From Macrostomum hystrix (taxonomy: Eukaryota; Animalia; Platyhelminthes): 64,000 bases of DNA. The notes beneath the pieces were generated by a model that worked only from the letters and a program-made list of their open reading frames with translations, was not told where the DNA came from and made no database searches. The translations under genes were made by a program, and so were the position numbers. Below, piece after piece: positions 11,193 to 22,380 of the stretch (within the stretch, counting starts at the first letter, position 1; each line of letters opens with the position of its first letter). The stretch is taken from positions 7,564,001 through 7,628,000 of the forward strand of contig CATNEN010000007.1 in the NCBI GenBank assembly GCA_950097015.1, written 5' to 3'.

Positions 11193-13082
11193 AGGAGACA
11201 TGATGTTGGAGATAATCGCAGTCCAGCCGCATGGCGGAAGCTGCGCTCTGCAGTCGGAGATCTTCAAGAAACTGTTCACTCTCCCGGGCTGTCGCGGAGG
11301 CGCGATCTGGCAGCTCAGCAGCTCGGCTTCATCCGCTACGCGCCGTCCGCTGACGCCAGCGGCTGCGAGATCTCCGCCTGGGGCAACCGGCTGCTCCTGA
11401 ACGAGTCGGATCCTAGACTCGTTCCTGACGCCCATCGGATGCAACCAGTCCCTCCTGGTGTCCCTCCTGGCAAAATGAATGTTCCTGCCGGACACGGACC
11501 TTTGCCTGAGAGATTTGGGCGCGAGCAACGGAATCAATGTCCTCACGGATGGAGATCCGCGCACGCTCAACCTCCTTCAGCGCTTTTTGGTTCTCATCCC
11601 CACCAGGGACCAAGCTATAGCGACCACTGGAACACCCAGGAGGTCCACTGCTACACGGACGGATCCATGAAGGATGGCTCCGCTGGCTTCGGGGTCTGTA
11701 TCCTAGTCAACGGACGTGTTGTCGCCACACACGCCCAACACACTGGAAATTCCTCGAGCGTTTTCCAGAACGAGGTCCTGGCCATCATCTCCTGCGCTGC
11801 GGAGTTAAATATGAAAAACATCTCAGGCAGGTCTATCATCGTTCACTCGGACAGTCAGGCTGCTCTGCAAGCCCTCTGTCACTACCACAACCTCCCGGAC
11901 AGTCTCCGACTGTGTCCGGCAGCTTAACAACCTGGCCGGTAAGAATACCGTCAGACTTCAGTGGATACCAGGGCATGCCGGTTTTCCTGGAAACGAGCTT
12001 GCTGACTCCCTGGCCAAGCAGGGAGGCGCCAGCTCTGCGCCGGGCCCCTCCCCCCCGGTTCCGATTCCGAGCACCGTCATCTATCGTCAGATAAATGACT
12101 GGGCCGCCAACCTCCATCTGACCCGGTGGAGAGACACCATTAATTGCCGCCAATCCAAAGCGGCAGTCTCAGTGCCATCCACTCGGCTCCGGAAGGTCCT
12201 TCTAAACCAGACCCGGAAGGACATCCGGGCCCTCACCATGACCCTCACGGGCCATGGCTGCTACGCCAGGCACTGTTTCCTCCGAGGAGACCTCCGGAGG
12301 TAGCTGTGCCCGTTCTGCAACCTTGAGAACGAGGATGCCCTGCACTTCGTCTGTCACTGCCCTTTCTTCACCAGAGAGAGAGGCTTAATCACCTCGGACC
12401 AAACCCATCCATGGACGACGTTTGCAGATCCGAGGACTTGAGGTTCCTGAGGGCTACCAGACGAGCATCTTTCTTCCCTAGTGAAGAGCAAGCTGCAGGA
12501 AGGACCGGCCACGGACCTCCCTGACTGGCCCCGCGCCATCGGCCGATTGCGGGTCTTTCAGGGATTAGCGGAATGGGCGACCCCCGCCTCCCCGCTGTGT
12601 CCATCGGACCGCCCTGCAGATAAGTCAAGTAAGTAAGGCCTGGTGTCACCACCTGTCGGACCGCCTCCCATCGACTACTGGCGCTCGTGCTGGCTCGACC
12701 GACTGCCCGATCGCATGAGACTGCTGTCGGGCAAAAATCTGTCTGTGGAGATTCTGAAGGACGCGAGCTTCGCCGGACTGAACTTGACGAACTGGTTCGG
12801 GAAGGACAGACTAGTCGGCAGCGAGCCGGCAGGACCTTCAATGTCTTCTCCATGCCTGGCTTCTCGAATACTTGGCCCTCCAAATGCAACCGGACCTTCT
12901 ACGTCAATGTGGCGTTCGGCGGCTGCCCCAAAGACTCTGGCGTCCTGGCCGTGATCGAGGACACCGACGTCTGCGCCTGGGCTGGCAGCAGCGCTGTGCC
13001 CCGGATCCTGCACAACCCGCCTGCCGGGCCCTGGACGGGTCAGGCCCTCCTAGCTGACTACCTGCTGGTCAGTGCGGCCTGA
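11193..13082 (+). pseudogene. Frameshifted, retrotransposon-interrupted gene for an extracellular-type domain
   Basis: Coding-like GC-rich sequence flanks the insertion. Motif string YWRSCWLD...NLTNWFGKDRLVGS / TFNVFSMPG...RTFYVNVAFGGCPKDSGVLAVIE..DVCAW...PRIL is split between two frames near 12830. It matches from memory an unnamed invertebrate domain (WF.xxRL..FSI.G..RFFIN..YGGC..D.GWL). In-frame TGA at 11398-11400. Confidence 0.55.
11463..12638 (+). mobile_element. 5'-truncated non-LTR retrotransposon (RNase H + C-terminal Cys/His knuckle, LOA-like), degenerate
   Basis: HCYTDGS..GFG, SSVFQNEVLAI, HSDSQAALQAL, WIPGHAGFPGNELADSLAKQG, CPFC..ENEDALHFVCHC, with frameshifts and stops. 3' tail TAAGTCAAGTAAGTAAG. 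Target-site duplication CCTGGTGTC at 11454-11462 and 12639-12647. Confidence 0.9.
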
Positions 13083-13089
13083 GAGACTC

Positions 13090-13350
13090 CTGACCGAATT
13101 AGTGACTATGACCAAATGGGACTATCATGACCGAATTGGACCATGACCGAATAGGACCATGACCGAATAGGACCATGACCGAATAGGACCATGACCGAAT
13201 AGGACTATGACTGAATAGGACCATGACCGAATAGGACTATGACCGATTAGGACCATGACCGAATATGACCATGACCGAATAGGACCATGACCGAATAGGA
13301 CCATGACCGATTAGGACCATGACCGAATTGGCCTATGGTCGAATGGGACT
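13090..13350. repeat. 16-bp minisatellite
   Basis: Unit GACCATGACCGAATAG. Confidence 0.93.
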
Positions 13351-14005
13351 GCCTGAATTATATTAATAGGGCAATGACAGTATCGAAAGCAATAATGACC
13401 AAAATTGCCGAATGCAATTATGACATAAAAGCAGTCGACCTTTGAAGTCACAAAGTTCCAATGGACACAGTAAAGCAAAAGAGCAAAAGAGTGAAAAAAA
13501 TACAGATTTCAAGATCGTCTGATATTTTCAACTCTGGTCCGCCACCCCCACCCCACCGTGAACTTGAGATCGCATTACCAACTTCGGAAGGTGTCAAATT
13601 TTCAAATCTCATGCAAAGGCAATGAACACCTGACTTGCCATCTGTCTTAAAAAATGTTTCAAGTTAAAGGTGAAATTAATCTCGTAAAAAATCAGTTAAA
13701 AATCTGGATCGAAGCGGTTCGGTCAGTGCGTTGCGTCGAATTACCTGGGGTATGAGTCCAGCTAGCGGGCAAGCTCAGTTCCAGAATTTGATACACCAAA
13801 GACACCGCCGAGCACCTGTTGTCCATCTGCAACTGAAAGTTGTCACATTGCGCGTAGGCGAATTGGACCGACTGTCTATAAGTCTGCTGCATTTTTCACC
13901 GGGTTACAATGCTCAGGCAGACTCTTCAGTTTGAGTTGTACTCATTGGCTCTCACTGGCTCTCATCTCTCTGAAGTGTTGCTAAACATTCAGATTGACAG
14001 CTGTC

Positions 14006-17000
14006 ATGCCGCGGCAGCTCCCTACGGCAGCAATTCTGCTGCTGCTCAGCCTAGCTACTGGTGAGTTGCCATGCTGATTTGCCACTGCTCTAAGCCTCTC
14101 ATAGGTTCTTTGTTTGGAAAAACTGCTTGGAACGACAAGCTATCGAATAGAACAGTAAAAAATTTTTGCCTTCAGGAGGTTTTAGCCAGTGGTTAGAGCG
14201 TCGGACGCACGACTTTAAGGTCGTGGGTTCGATTCCCGAGTCCACTGAAACAAGTTGTGTCCTTTAGCAAGACACCTAACTCTGCATTGCTTCAGTTCAC
14301 CCAGCCGTTAAATGGTTACTAGCATTGGCTGGGGTAATTTAGGGTGGGTGTGGCGTCCGCCCAGTCCATGGACTGAACAGCTGTACGCAGCCTTCAGATG
14401 CTCTGTCGGCTGCACCTCTGGCACTGCTGAAGCAGGTGTAATAGTTATTATAATAATTAAATTATGTAAAAAAATTAATTTCCTGCAGCTCACGCCAGGG
14501 CAGTCGGAGGCGGATCAGACAGCCAGGACCAGGACCTCCAGATATTCAGCGACGGCCAGGCCTCTCAGCAGTCTCAGAGTCAGCAGTCCAGCGATATTCA
14601 ACAGCTGATTGGCGAATGGAAGGCGGTGACGAATGAGGCTCAGGTTGACAGCCTGGGCCTAGGCGAGCTGCTTGGAGAGACTCAGATCCGGCAAGCGGCG
14701 AAGCGGCGACTCAAACCTGGCCAGAAGGGGGAGAGTGACGTGCAAGCAAGCAGTGCAAATCAAAGCACAGCTGGCAAAGAACTGCCGTCAGAAACCATCC
14801 GCACCAGGACCACGTCAAAGACAAAGACGACCGAAAACCTGACTGTACCGTTAAAACCAAACAGCAACAAAATGCAAAGCAAAAATTCAAAAACAAAAAA
14901 CCGAAAACCCAAAAAAAACTCAAAAAAGAGAGTCATTAAAAAGGCAACAATCAAGTCGGTAAAAAAACAAATCACGCCACCACAACAAAGAAAGCAGAAA
15001 ACCAAGCGTGCAGCAGACAAATTGAAGAAGCTGAGAAGACGAATCAGCAGACGTGTCAGACGTGCCCGACGAAACGGCAAGCGACGTACAAGACGATCTA
15101 GACGCAGTGCCAAGAAGCTGAGAAGACGAGTCAGCAGACGCGTCAGACGTGCCCGACGAAACGGCAAGCGACGTACAAGACGTTCCAGACGCAGTGCCAA
15201 GAAGCTGAGAAGACGAGTCAACAGACGCGTCAGACGTGCCCGTCGAAACGGCAAGCGAAGCACTAGACGTTCCAGACGCAGTGCCAAGAAGCTGAGAAGA
15301 CGAGTCAGCAGACGCGTCAGACGTGCCCGACGAAACGGCAAGCGACGTACAAGACGTTCCAGACGCAGTGCCAAGAAGCTGAGAAGACGAGTCAGCAGAC
15401 GCGTCAGACGTGCCCGACGAAACGGCAAGCGACGTACAAGACGTTCCAGACGCAGTGCCAAGAAGCTGAGAAGACGAGTCAGCAGACGCGTCAGACGTGC
15501 CCGACGAAACGGCAAGCGAAGCACTAGACGTTCCAGACGCAGTGCCAAGAAGCTGAGAAGACGAGTCAGCAGACGCGTCAGACGTGCCCTACGAAACGGC
15601 AAGCGAAGCACTAGACGTTCCAGACGCAGTGCCAAGAAGCTGAGAAGACGAGTCAGCAGACGCGTCAGACGTGCCCGACGAAACGGCAAGCGACGTACAA
15701 GACGTTCCAGACGCAGTGCCAAGAAGCTGAGAAGACGAGTCAGCAGACGCGTCAGACGTGCCCGACGAAACGGCAAGCGAAGCACTAGACGTTCCAGACG
15801 CAGTGCCAAGAAGCTGAGAAGACGAGTCAGCAGACGCGTCAGACGTGCCCGACGAAACGGCAAGCGACGTACAAGACGTTCCAGACGCAGTGCCAAGAAG
15901 CTGAGAAGACGAGTCAGCAGACGCGTCAGACGTGCCCGACGAAACGGCAAGCGAAGCACTAGACGTTCCAGACGCAGTGCCAAGAAGCTGAGAAGACGAG
16001 TCAGCAGACGCGTCAGACGTGCCCTACGAAACGGCAAGCGAAGCACTAGACGTTCCAGACGCAGTGCCAAGAAGCTGAGAAGACGAGTCAGCAGACGCGT
16101 CAGACGTGCCCGACGAAACGGCAAGCGACGTACAAGACGTTCCAGACGCAGTGCCAAGAAGCTGAGAAGACGAGTCAGCAGACGCGTCAGACGTGCCCGA
16201 CGAAACGGCAAGCGAAGCACTAGACGTTCCAGACGCAGTGCCAAGAAGCTGAGAAGACGAGTCAGCAGACGCGTCAGACGTGCCCGACGAAACGGCAAGC
16301 GACGTACAAGACGTTCCAGACGCAGTGCCAAGAAGCTGAGAAGACGAGTCAGCAGACGCGTCAGACGTGCCCGACGAAACGGCAAGCGAAGCACTAGACG
16401 TTCCAGACGCAGTGCCAAGAAGCTGAGAAGACGAGTCAGCAGACGCGTCAGACGTGCCCGACGAAACGGCAAGCGAAGCACTAGACGTTCCAGACGCAGT
16501 GCCAAGAAGCTGAGAAGACGAGTCAGCAGACGCGTCAGACGTGCCCGACGAAACGGCAAGCGACGTACAAGACGTTCCAGACGCAGTGCCAAGAAGCTGA
16601 GAAGACGAGTCAGCAGACGCGTCAGACGTGCCCGACGAAACGGCAAGCGACGTACAAGACGATCTAGACGCAGTGCCAAGAAGCTGAGAAGACGAGTCAG
16701 CAGACGCGTCAGACGTGCCCGACGAAACGGCAAGCGACGTACAAGACGTTCCAGACGCAGTGCCAAGAAGCTGAGAAGACGAGTCAGCAGACGCGTCAGA
16801 CGTGCCCGACGAAACGGCAAGCGAAGCACTAGACGTTCCAGACGCAGTGCCAAGAAGCTGAGAAGACGAGTCAGCAGACGCGTCAGACGTGCCCGACGAA
16901 ACGGCAAGCGACGTACAAGACGTTCCAGACGCAGTGCCAAGAAGCTGAGAAGACGAGTCAGCAGACGCGTCAGACGTGCCCGACGAAACGGCAAGCGAAG

Positions 17001-18246
17001 CACTAGACGTTCCAGACGCAGTGCCAAGAAGCTGAGAAGACGAGTCAGCAGACGCGTCAGACGTGCCCTACGAAACGGCAAGCGAAGCACTAGACGTTCC
17101 AGACGCAGTGCCAAGAAGCTGAGAAGACGAGTCAGCAGACGCGTCAGACGTGCCCGACGAAACGGCAAGCGACGTACAAGACGTTCCAGACGCAGTGCCA
17201 AGAAGCTGAGAAGACGAGTCAGCAGACGCGTCAGACCTGCCCGACGAAACGGCAAGCGAAGCACTAGACGTTCCAGACGCAGTGCCAAGAAGCTGAGAAG
17301 ACGAGTCAGCAGACGCGTCAGACGTGCCCGACGAAACGGCAAGCGAAGCACTAGACGTTCCAGACGCAGTGCCAAGAAGCTGAGAAGACGAGTCAGCAGA
17401 CGCGTCAGACGTGCCCTACGAAACGGCAAGCGAAGCACTAGACGTTCCAGACGCAGTGCCAAGAAGCTGAGAAGACGAGTCAGCAGACGCGTCAGACGTG
17501 CCCGACGAAACGGCAAGCGACGTACAAGACGTTCCAGACGCAGTGCCAAGAAGCTGAGAAGACGAGTCAGCAGACGCGTCAGACGTGCCCTACGAAACGG
17601 CAAGCGAAGCACTAGACGTTCCAGACGCAGTGCCAAGAAGCTGAGAAGACGAGTCAGCAGACGCGTCAGACGTGCCCGACGAAACGGCAAGCGACGTACA
17701 AGACGTTCCAGACGCAGTGCCAAGAAGCTGAGAAGACGAGTCAGCAGACGCGTCAGACGTGCCCGACGAAACGGCAAGCGAAGCACTAGACGTTCCAGAC
17801 GCAGTGCCAAGAAGCTGAGAAGACGAGTCAGCAGACGCGTCAGACGTGCCCGACGAAACGGCAAGCGACGTACAAGACGTTCCAGACGCAGTGCCAAGAA
17901 GCTGAGAAGACGAGTCAGCAGACGCGTCAGACGTGCCCGACGAAACGGCAAGCGAAGCACTAGACGTTCCAGACGCAGTGCCAAGAAGCTGAGAAGACGA
18001 GTCAGCAGACGCGTCAGACGTGCCCGACGAAACGGCAAGCGACGTACAAGACGTTCCAGACGCAGTGCCAAGAAGCTGAGAAGACGAGTCAGCAGACGCG
18101 TCAGACGTGCCCTACGAAACGGCAAGCGAAGCACTAGACGTTCCAGACGCAGTGCCAAGAAGCTGAGAAAACGAGTCAGTCGTGCTTCACATATTCAGAC
18201 TGGAGTTCTTAGGAATTCTTTGCCCAAGTCAGACTTTGTGCAGTAG
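14006..18246 (+). CDS. Secreted Arg/Lys-rich tandem-repeat protein (~1270 aa), cluster gene A
   Basis: Exon 14006-14060 (MPRQLPTAAILLLLSLAT-G|GTGAGT) splices in phase 1 to 14489-18246 (AHARA-VGGGSDSQDQ...), in frame with the 1206-aa ORF. Signal peptide, Gln/acidic segment, Lys-rich linker, 36 x KKLRRRVSRRVRRARRNGKRRTRRSRRSA, ends DFVQ*. TATAAG at 13877. Confidence 0.85.
14175..14410 (+). mobile_element. tRNA-derived SINE with CORE-like domain (family 1) in intron of gene A
   Basis: A-box TAGCCAGTGG and B-box GGTTCGATTCC, followed by GTGTCCTTTAGCAAGACACCTAACTCTGCATTGCTTCAGTTCACCCAGCCGTTAAATGG resembling the MIR/CORE consensus. A second copy lies at 27445-27660 (-). Confidence 0.85.
15025..18180 (+). 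repeat. 87-bp coding tandem repeat, 36 full copies plus partial
   Basis: First unit start 15025, last 18157; difference = 36 x 87. Confidence 0.97.
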
Positions 18247-19148
18247 ATAGCTTTGTGGTTGACTGCAGTGGACTAATTTGGTTCTGGCATTTTTATTAAT
18301 TGGGTTTTGGCTTTGATGTGATTTACAGTTATTATTTTATGTTGTGATTTTAGGTTTTGTAGATGTTACAACAAAAATAGCATATTAACACTTTTGGTTT
18401 TGTTTCTTGACGTGTGATTTATTTTGTGACATTTGGATTTGGACTGTAACAAAATTCATGATATTTTTATTTGAAGTTCCCGAAACAGCGGATAAAATAA
18501 AATTTATCTCTACTTGTTGCAAGTTAATTCAGGCTTTTCCAGTGGGGAAGTCTTGGTCTATTGAAGCTTTTCATGTTTTAACTGAGCACAATGGAAGGAT
18601 GGGAAATCGAAAAGATCCTGTTCACGCCGAAATTCCTCTCCGAAGAAAAGCAAGACCTCGGACGTAATTTTTAGGCCTTAGTCAACAGATGCGGTGCAAA
18701 GCCGAGGTAATTTTTACAGTAAACCCATGACATTGTCAGGTTTATGCGTTAAAGCTAATATCAAACGATGTTTATATCATATAATGAGCATATGCTTTAC
18801 ATTTGTGAGTAATGAGATCATTACTGATTAATTTTCGTTCATTCCAAGCACTTTAAAGTGCATTGCGACCAACGCCAACGCAGTGACTCTATTTGAAAAG
18901 TGTGTTTCACGTCCAAATCACTTCGATTTGCACTTTTAACCTTCTGCCCAAAGCTGGCCTCGCAAAGATCAATTTTGAACAATCGCTTGAAATCTAAATT
19001 TTAAGAATGACCAACAGATGGTCAGAGGGCCCGTTACACTTTTCAGTAAAATCTGTTTTTTTAGGATCCGGTAACGCAAGTTCGCCGAGCACCTCCCACG
19101 GCTGCTTTACTCACTTGATCTTCTGTGCTAGAAAGGTTCAAAATATTT

Positions 19149-19156
19149 TATAAATA
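19149..19156 (+). promoter_or_regulatory. TATA box of cluster gene B
   Basis: TATAAATA ~100 bp upstream of ATG 19251; similarly placed TATA boxes precede the other three cluster genes. Confidence 0.55.
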
Positions 19157-19250
19157 GAAGCAACTCGCTTTGGCTTCAAGATAGTGGAGAATTTCCGGAT
19201 AATATTTTTCGCAGCTCAGATTAAAATCAATTAAAAGGCTTGCAGCTGAA

Positions 19251-20816
19251 ATGCGAGCTGTCTGTCCCACCTTCTTGCTGATTATCTTGACCGTGCAGCT
19301 GCTCGGTGAGTCAGTGCTTCTAGCCATCTTTCAGCACTAGCGAAAGTCCGGATGCTAATTAATTATCGCGCGGCAAGGTCCCTAAGTAGCAAGCACCTCT
19401 CCCATGCATTTCAGGCCACTGTAGAGCGGCGCCAGCAGCTTCGACTGGCAATCTGATCAACGATCAGGCTGCAAAACTCCCTTCGAAGCAGCAGCAGCAG
19501 ACACAACAGCAGCCAAAACAGCAGCAGCCAAAACAGCAGCCACAGCAGCAGTCACAACAGCAGCCAAAACAGCAGCCACAGCAGCAGTCACAACAGCAGC
19601 CAAAACAGCAGCCACAGCAGCAGCCGAAACAGCAGTCACAGCAGCAGCCAAAACAGCAGTCACAGCAGCAGCCAAAACAGCAGCCAAAACAGCAGCCACA
19701 GCAGCAGTCACAGCAGCAGCCGAAACAGCAGCCAAAACAGCAGCCACAGCAGCAGTCACAGCAGCAGCCAAAACAGCAGCCAAAACAGCAGCCACAGCAG
19801 CAGCCGAAACAGCAGTCACAGCAGCAGCCAAAACAGCAGTCACAGCAGCAGCCAAAACAGCAGCCAAAACAGCAGCCAAAACAGCGCAGGACAAGCCCGT
19901 ACTCGTAGCGGGCGCCAACGGAAGAAGATGGGCAGCCAAGAAGATGCTTGCCAGAACTATTTTGGGGCAAAGATTAAATAAAGATAGCGGCGAGCGAAGC
20001 AGCAGGAAAAGAAATAGACTCCGAATTGGCAGCGGGCGACGAAGAAGCGGAAAAGGGAGCGGCAAGAGGAGCGGCAAGAGGAGCGGCAAGAGGAGCGGCA
20101 AGAGGAGCGGCAAGAGAAGCGGCAAGCGAAGAGGCGAGAGAAAAAACAGGCGCCGAAGTGGCCGACGAAGAAGCTGGAGAAGAAACGGCAAGAAGAGAGG
20201 CAGGAAGAGTAGCAAGAGAAGCGGCACGCGAAGCGGCAAGAGGACCGGCAAAAAGAGCGGCAGGAGGAGCGGCAAGAGAAGCGGCAAGAGGACCGGCAAA
20301 AAGAGCGGCAGGAGGAGCGGCAAGAGAAGCGGCAAGAGGAGCGGCAAGCGAAGGGGAAAGAGAAGCGGCACGCGAAGTGGCAAGAGGAGCGGCAAGAAGA
20401 GCGGCAAGAGGAGCGGCATGATAAGCGGCAAGCAAAGAGGCGAGAGAAGAAACAGGCGCCGAAGTGGCCGACGAAGAAGCTGGAGAAGAAACGGCAAGAA
20501 AAGAGGCAGGAAGAGTAGCAAGAGAAGCGGCACGCGAAGCGGCAAGAGGAGAGGCAAGCGAAGCGGTAAGCGAAGCAGCTGGCTAAGCAACAGGCAAAGC
20601 AGCTGGCGAAGCAACAGACGAAGCAGCTGGTGAAGCAGCTGGCGAAGCAACAGGCGAAGCAGCTGGCGAAGCAACAGGCGAAGCAGCTGGCGAAGCAAGA
20701 GACGAAGCAGCTGGCGAAGCAACAGGCGAAGCAGCTGGCGAAGCAACAGGCGAAGCAGCTGGCGAAGCAACAGACAAAGCAGTTGGCGACGAAACCGCAA
20801 GAGAGGCGGGAAATGA
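19251..20816 (+). CDS. Secreted Gln/Pro/Lys-rich plus RSGK/SSWRSNRR-repeat protein, cluster gene B (frame break ~19900 and internal TGA 20631; possibly pseudogene or assembly error)
   Basis: Exon 19251-19305 (MRAVCPTFLLIILTVQLL-G|GTGAGT), phase 1 to acceptor TTTCAG|19415 giving GHCRA-APAA...QQPKQQPQQQSQ..., stop TAG 19906-19908. The basic repeats (RSGK, RRNGKKR, cf. gene A RRNGKRR) lie in another frame and run to TGA 20814-20816. Confidence 0.7.
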
Positions 20817-21061
20817 AGCTCGCTAAAGTGGCTATCGAGTGTCGCAGGAATCATGCCTGACTCTTGTCTAAGTGATTTGTGACTACCTTGGTGCAGGGTT
20901 TCCAAGAAAAATCGGTGGTAGCTTTTTCCTAACACCTTTTTCGACTATATTGTTAACTCATGGATACGAGAATGAATATTTTTTGTTTCCTCAACATTTG
21001 AGACGATAAATATATTGATTACGATATTCGGTTATTGAGCAGCGCATTTAAATGCAGTGTA

Positions 21062-21160
21062 CAACTGTTCAGTCCGTGGACAGGGGTGCCGCCACACTCA
21101 TGTACCGAAGTCGCCACACCCAACCAAGCATCTGCCCAGCTGATGCTGGTACCGATTTTA
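21062..21160 (-). mobile_element. 3' fragment of SINE family 1
   Basis: CTGTTCAGTCCGTGGAC...GCCACACCC...CCCAGCTGATGCTGGTACC matches 27464-27530. Confidence 0.65.
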
Positions 21161-21300
21161 CAGAATCAAACTGATAAAACAAACTAATCAATCCTCGATA
21201 TACTACTGCTTATGCACAGAACATATTACTTATTTTACCATATACATTTAGCTTACTAAAAATCCTGATTCCGGTTCCATACAAGGCAATGTTGATTATA

Positions 21301-22070
21301 TTCTACCCAGAATGATCATAGTCTACCCAGAATGATCATAGTCTACCCAGAATGATCATAGTTTACCCAGAATGATCATAGTCTACCCAGAATGATCATA
21401 GTTTACCCAGAATGATCATAGTCTACCCAGAATGATTATAGCCTACCCAGAATGATCATAGTCTACCCAGAATGATCATAGCCTACCCAGAATGATCATA
21501 GTCTACCCAGAATGATCATAGTCTACCCAGAATGATCATAGTCTACCCAGAATGATCATAGTCTACCCAGAATGATCATAGCCTACCCAGAATGATCATA
21601 GTCTACCCAGAATGATCATAGTCTACCCAGAATGATCATAGTCTACCCAGAATGATCATAGTCTACCCAGAATGATCATAGTCTACCCAGAATGATCATA
21701 GTCTACCCAGAATGATCATAGTTTACCCAGAATGATCATAGTCTACCCAGAATGATCATAGCCTACCCAGAATGATCATAGTCTACCCAGAATGATCATA
21801 GCCTACCCAGAATGATCATAGTCTGCCCAGAATGATCATAGTCTACCCAGAATGATCATAGTCTACCTAGAATGATTATAGTCTACCCAGAATGATCATA
21901 GTCTACCCAGAATGATCATAGCCTACCCAGAATGATCATAGTCTGCCCAGAATGATCATAGTCTACCCAGAATGATCATAGTCTACCCAGAATGATCATA
22001 GTCTACCCAGAATGATCATAGTCTACCCAGAATGATCATAGTCTACCCAGAATGATCATAGTCTACGCAG
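21301..22070. repeat. 20-bp minisatellite
   Basis: Unit GTCTACCCAGAATGATCATA. Confidence 0.97.
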
Positions 22071-22254
22071 AAAAGCAGTTTTCTTAAATAATTTTTTGCG
22101 TTTTGGTTTTCAGTCCAAAAAAAAGTTAGTCTTTGAGTGCGGTTATATCGAGCGCTATCGTGAGTTTGATGACTCAAATGAATCCATATGGGGGAACAGT
22201 CTGTCTACAGTCTGATCGATGGCATAAGCCAGTTTAAACAATACTAAAAAGCTG

Positions 22255-22260
22255 TATAAA
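22255..22260 (+). promoter_or_regulatory. TATA box of cluster gene C
   Basis: TATAAA ~125 bp upstream of ATG 22381. Confidence 0.5.
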
Positions 22261-22380
22261 TTGTAAATCTATTTATAGCTGAGCTCAGTGAAGCCATGGA
22301 GACAGCTTTTGGGTACTTCTGTCCGGTGAAGCCGCTGGAATCACCGCTCAGAGTCAACGCACCTGCTGGGTTGCTCAATA

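Noticed and set aside
14175-14245. tRNA gene
   Set aside because: The acceptor stem does not pair well, and the sequence continues into a CORE-like body found again at 27445-27660, so it is a SINE head.
14760-18158. 1132-aa antisense Leu/Arg ORF
   Set aside because: Mirror of the 87-bp coding repeat. The + strand has the signal exon, splice sites and unique flanks.
14626-18246. Protamine or sperm nuclear basic protein
   Set aside because: An in-phase upstream exon supplies a signal peptide, and the three neighbouring genes share that architecture.
19425-19970. Ala/Thr antifreeze-glycoprotein-like frame (+) and Cys-rich metallothionein-like ORF (-)
   Set aside because: Repeat variants are synonymous only in the Gln frame, which is also the frame entered from the canonical acceptor.
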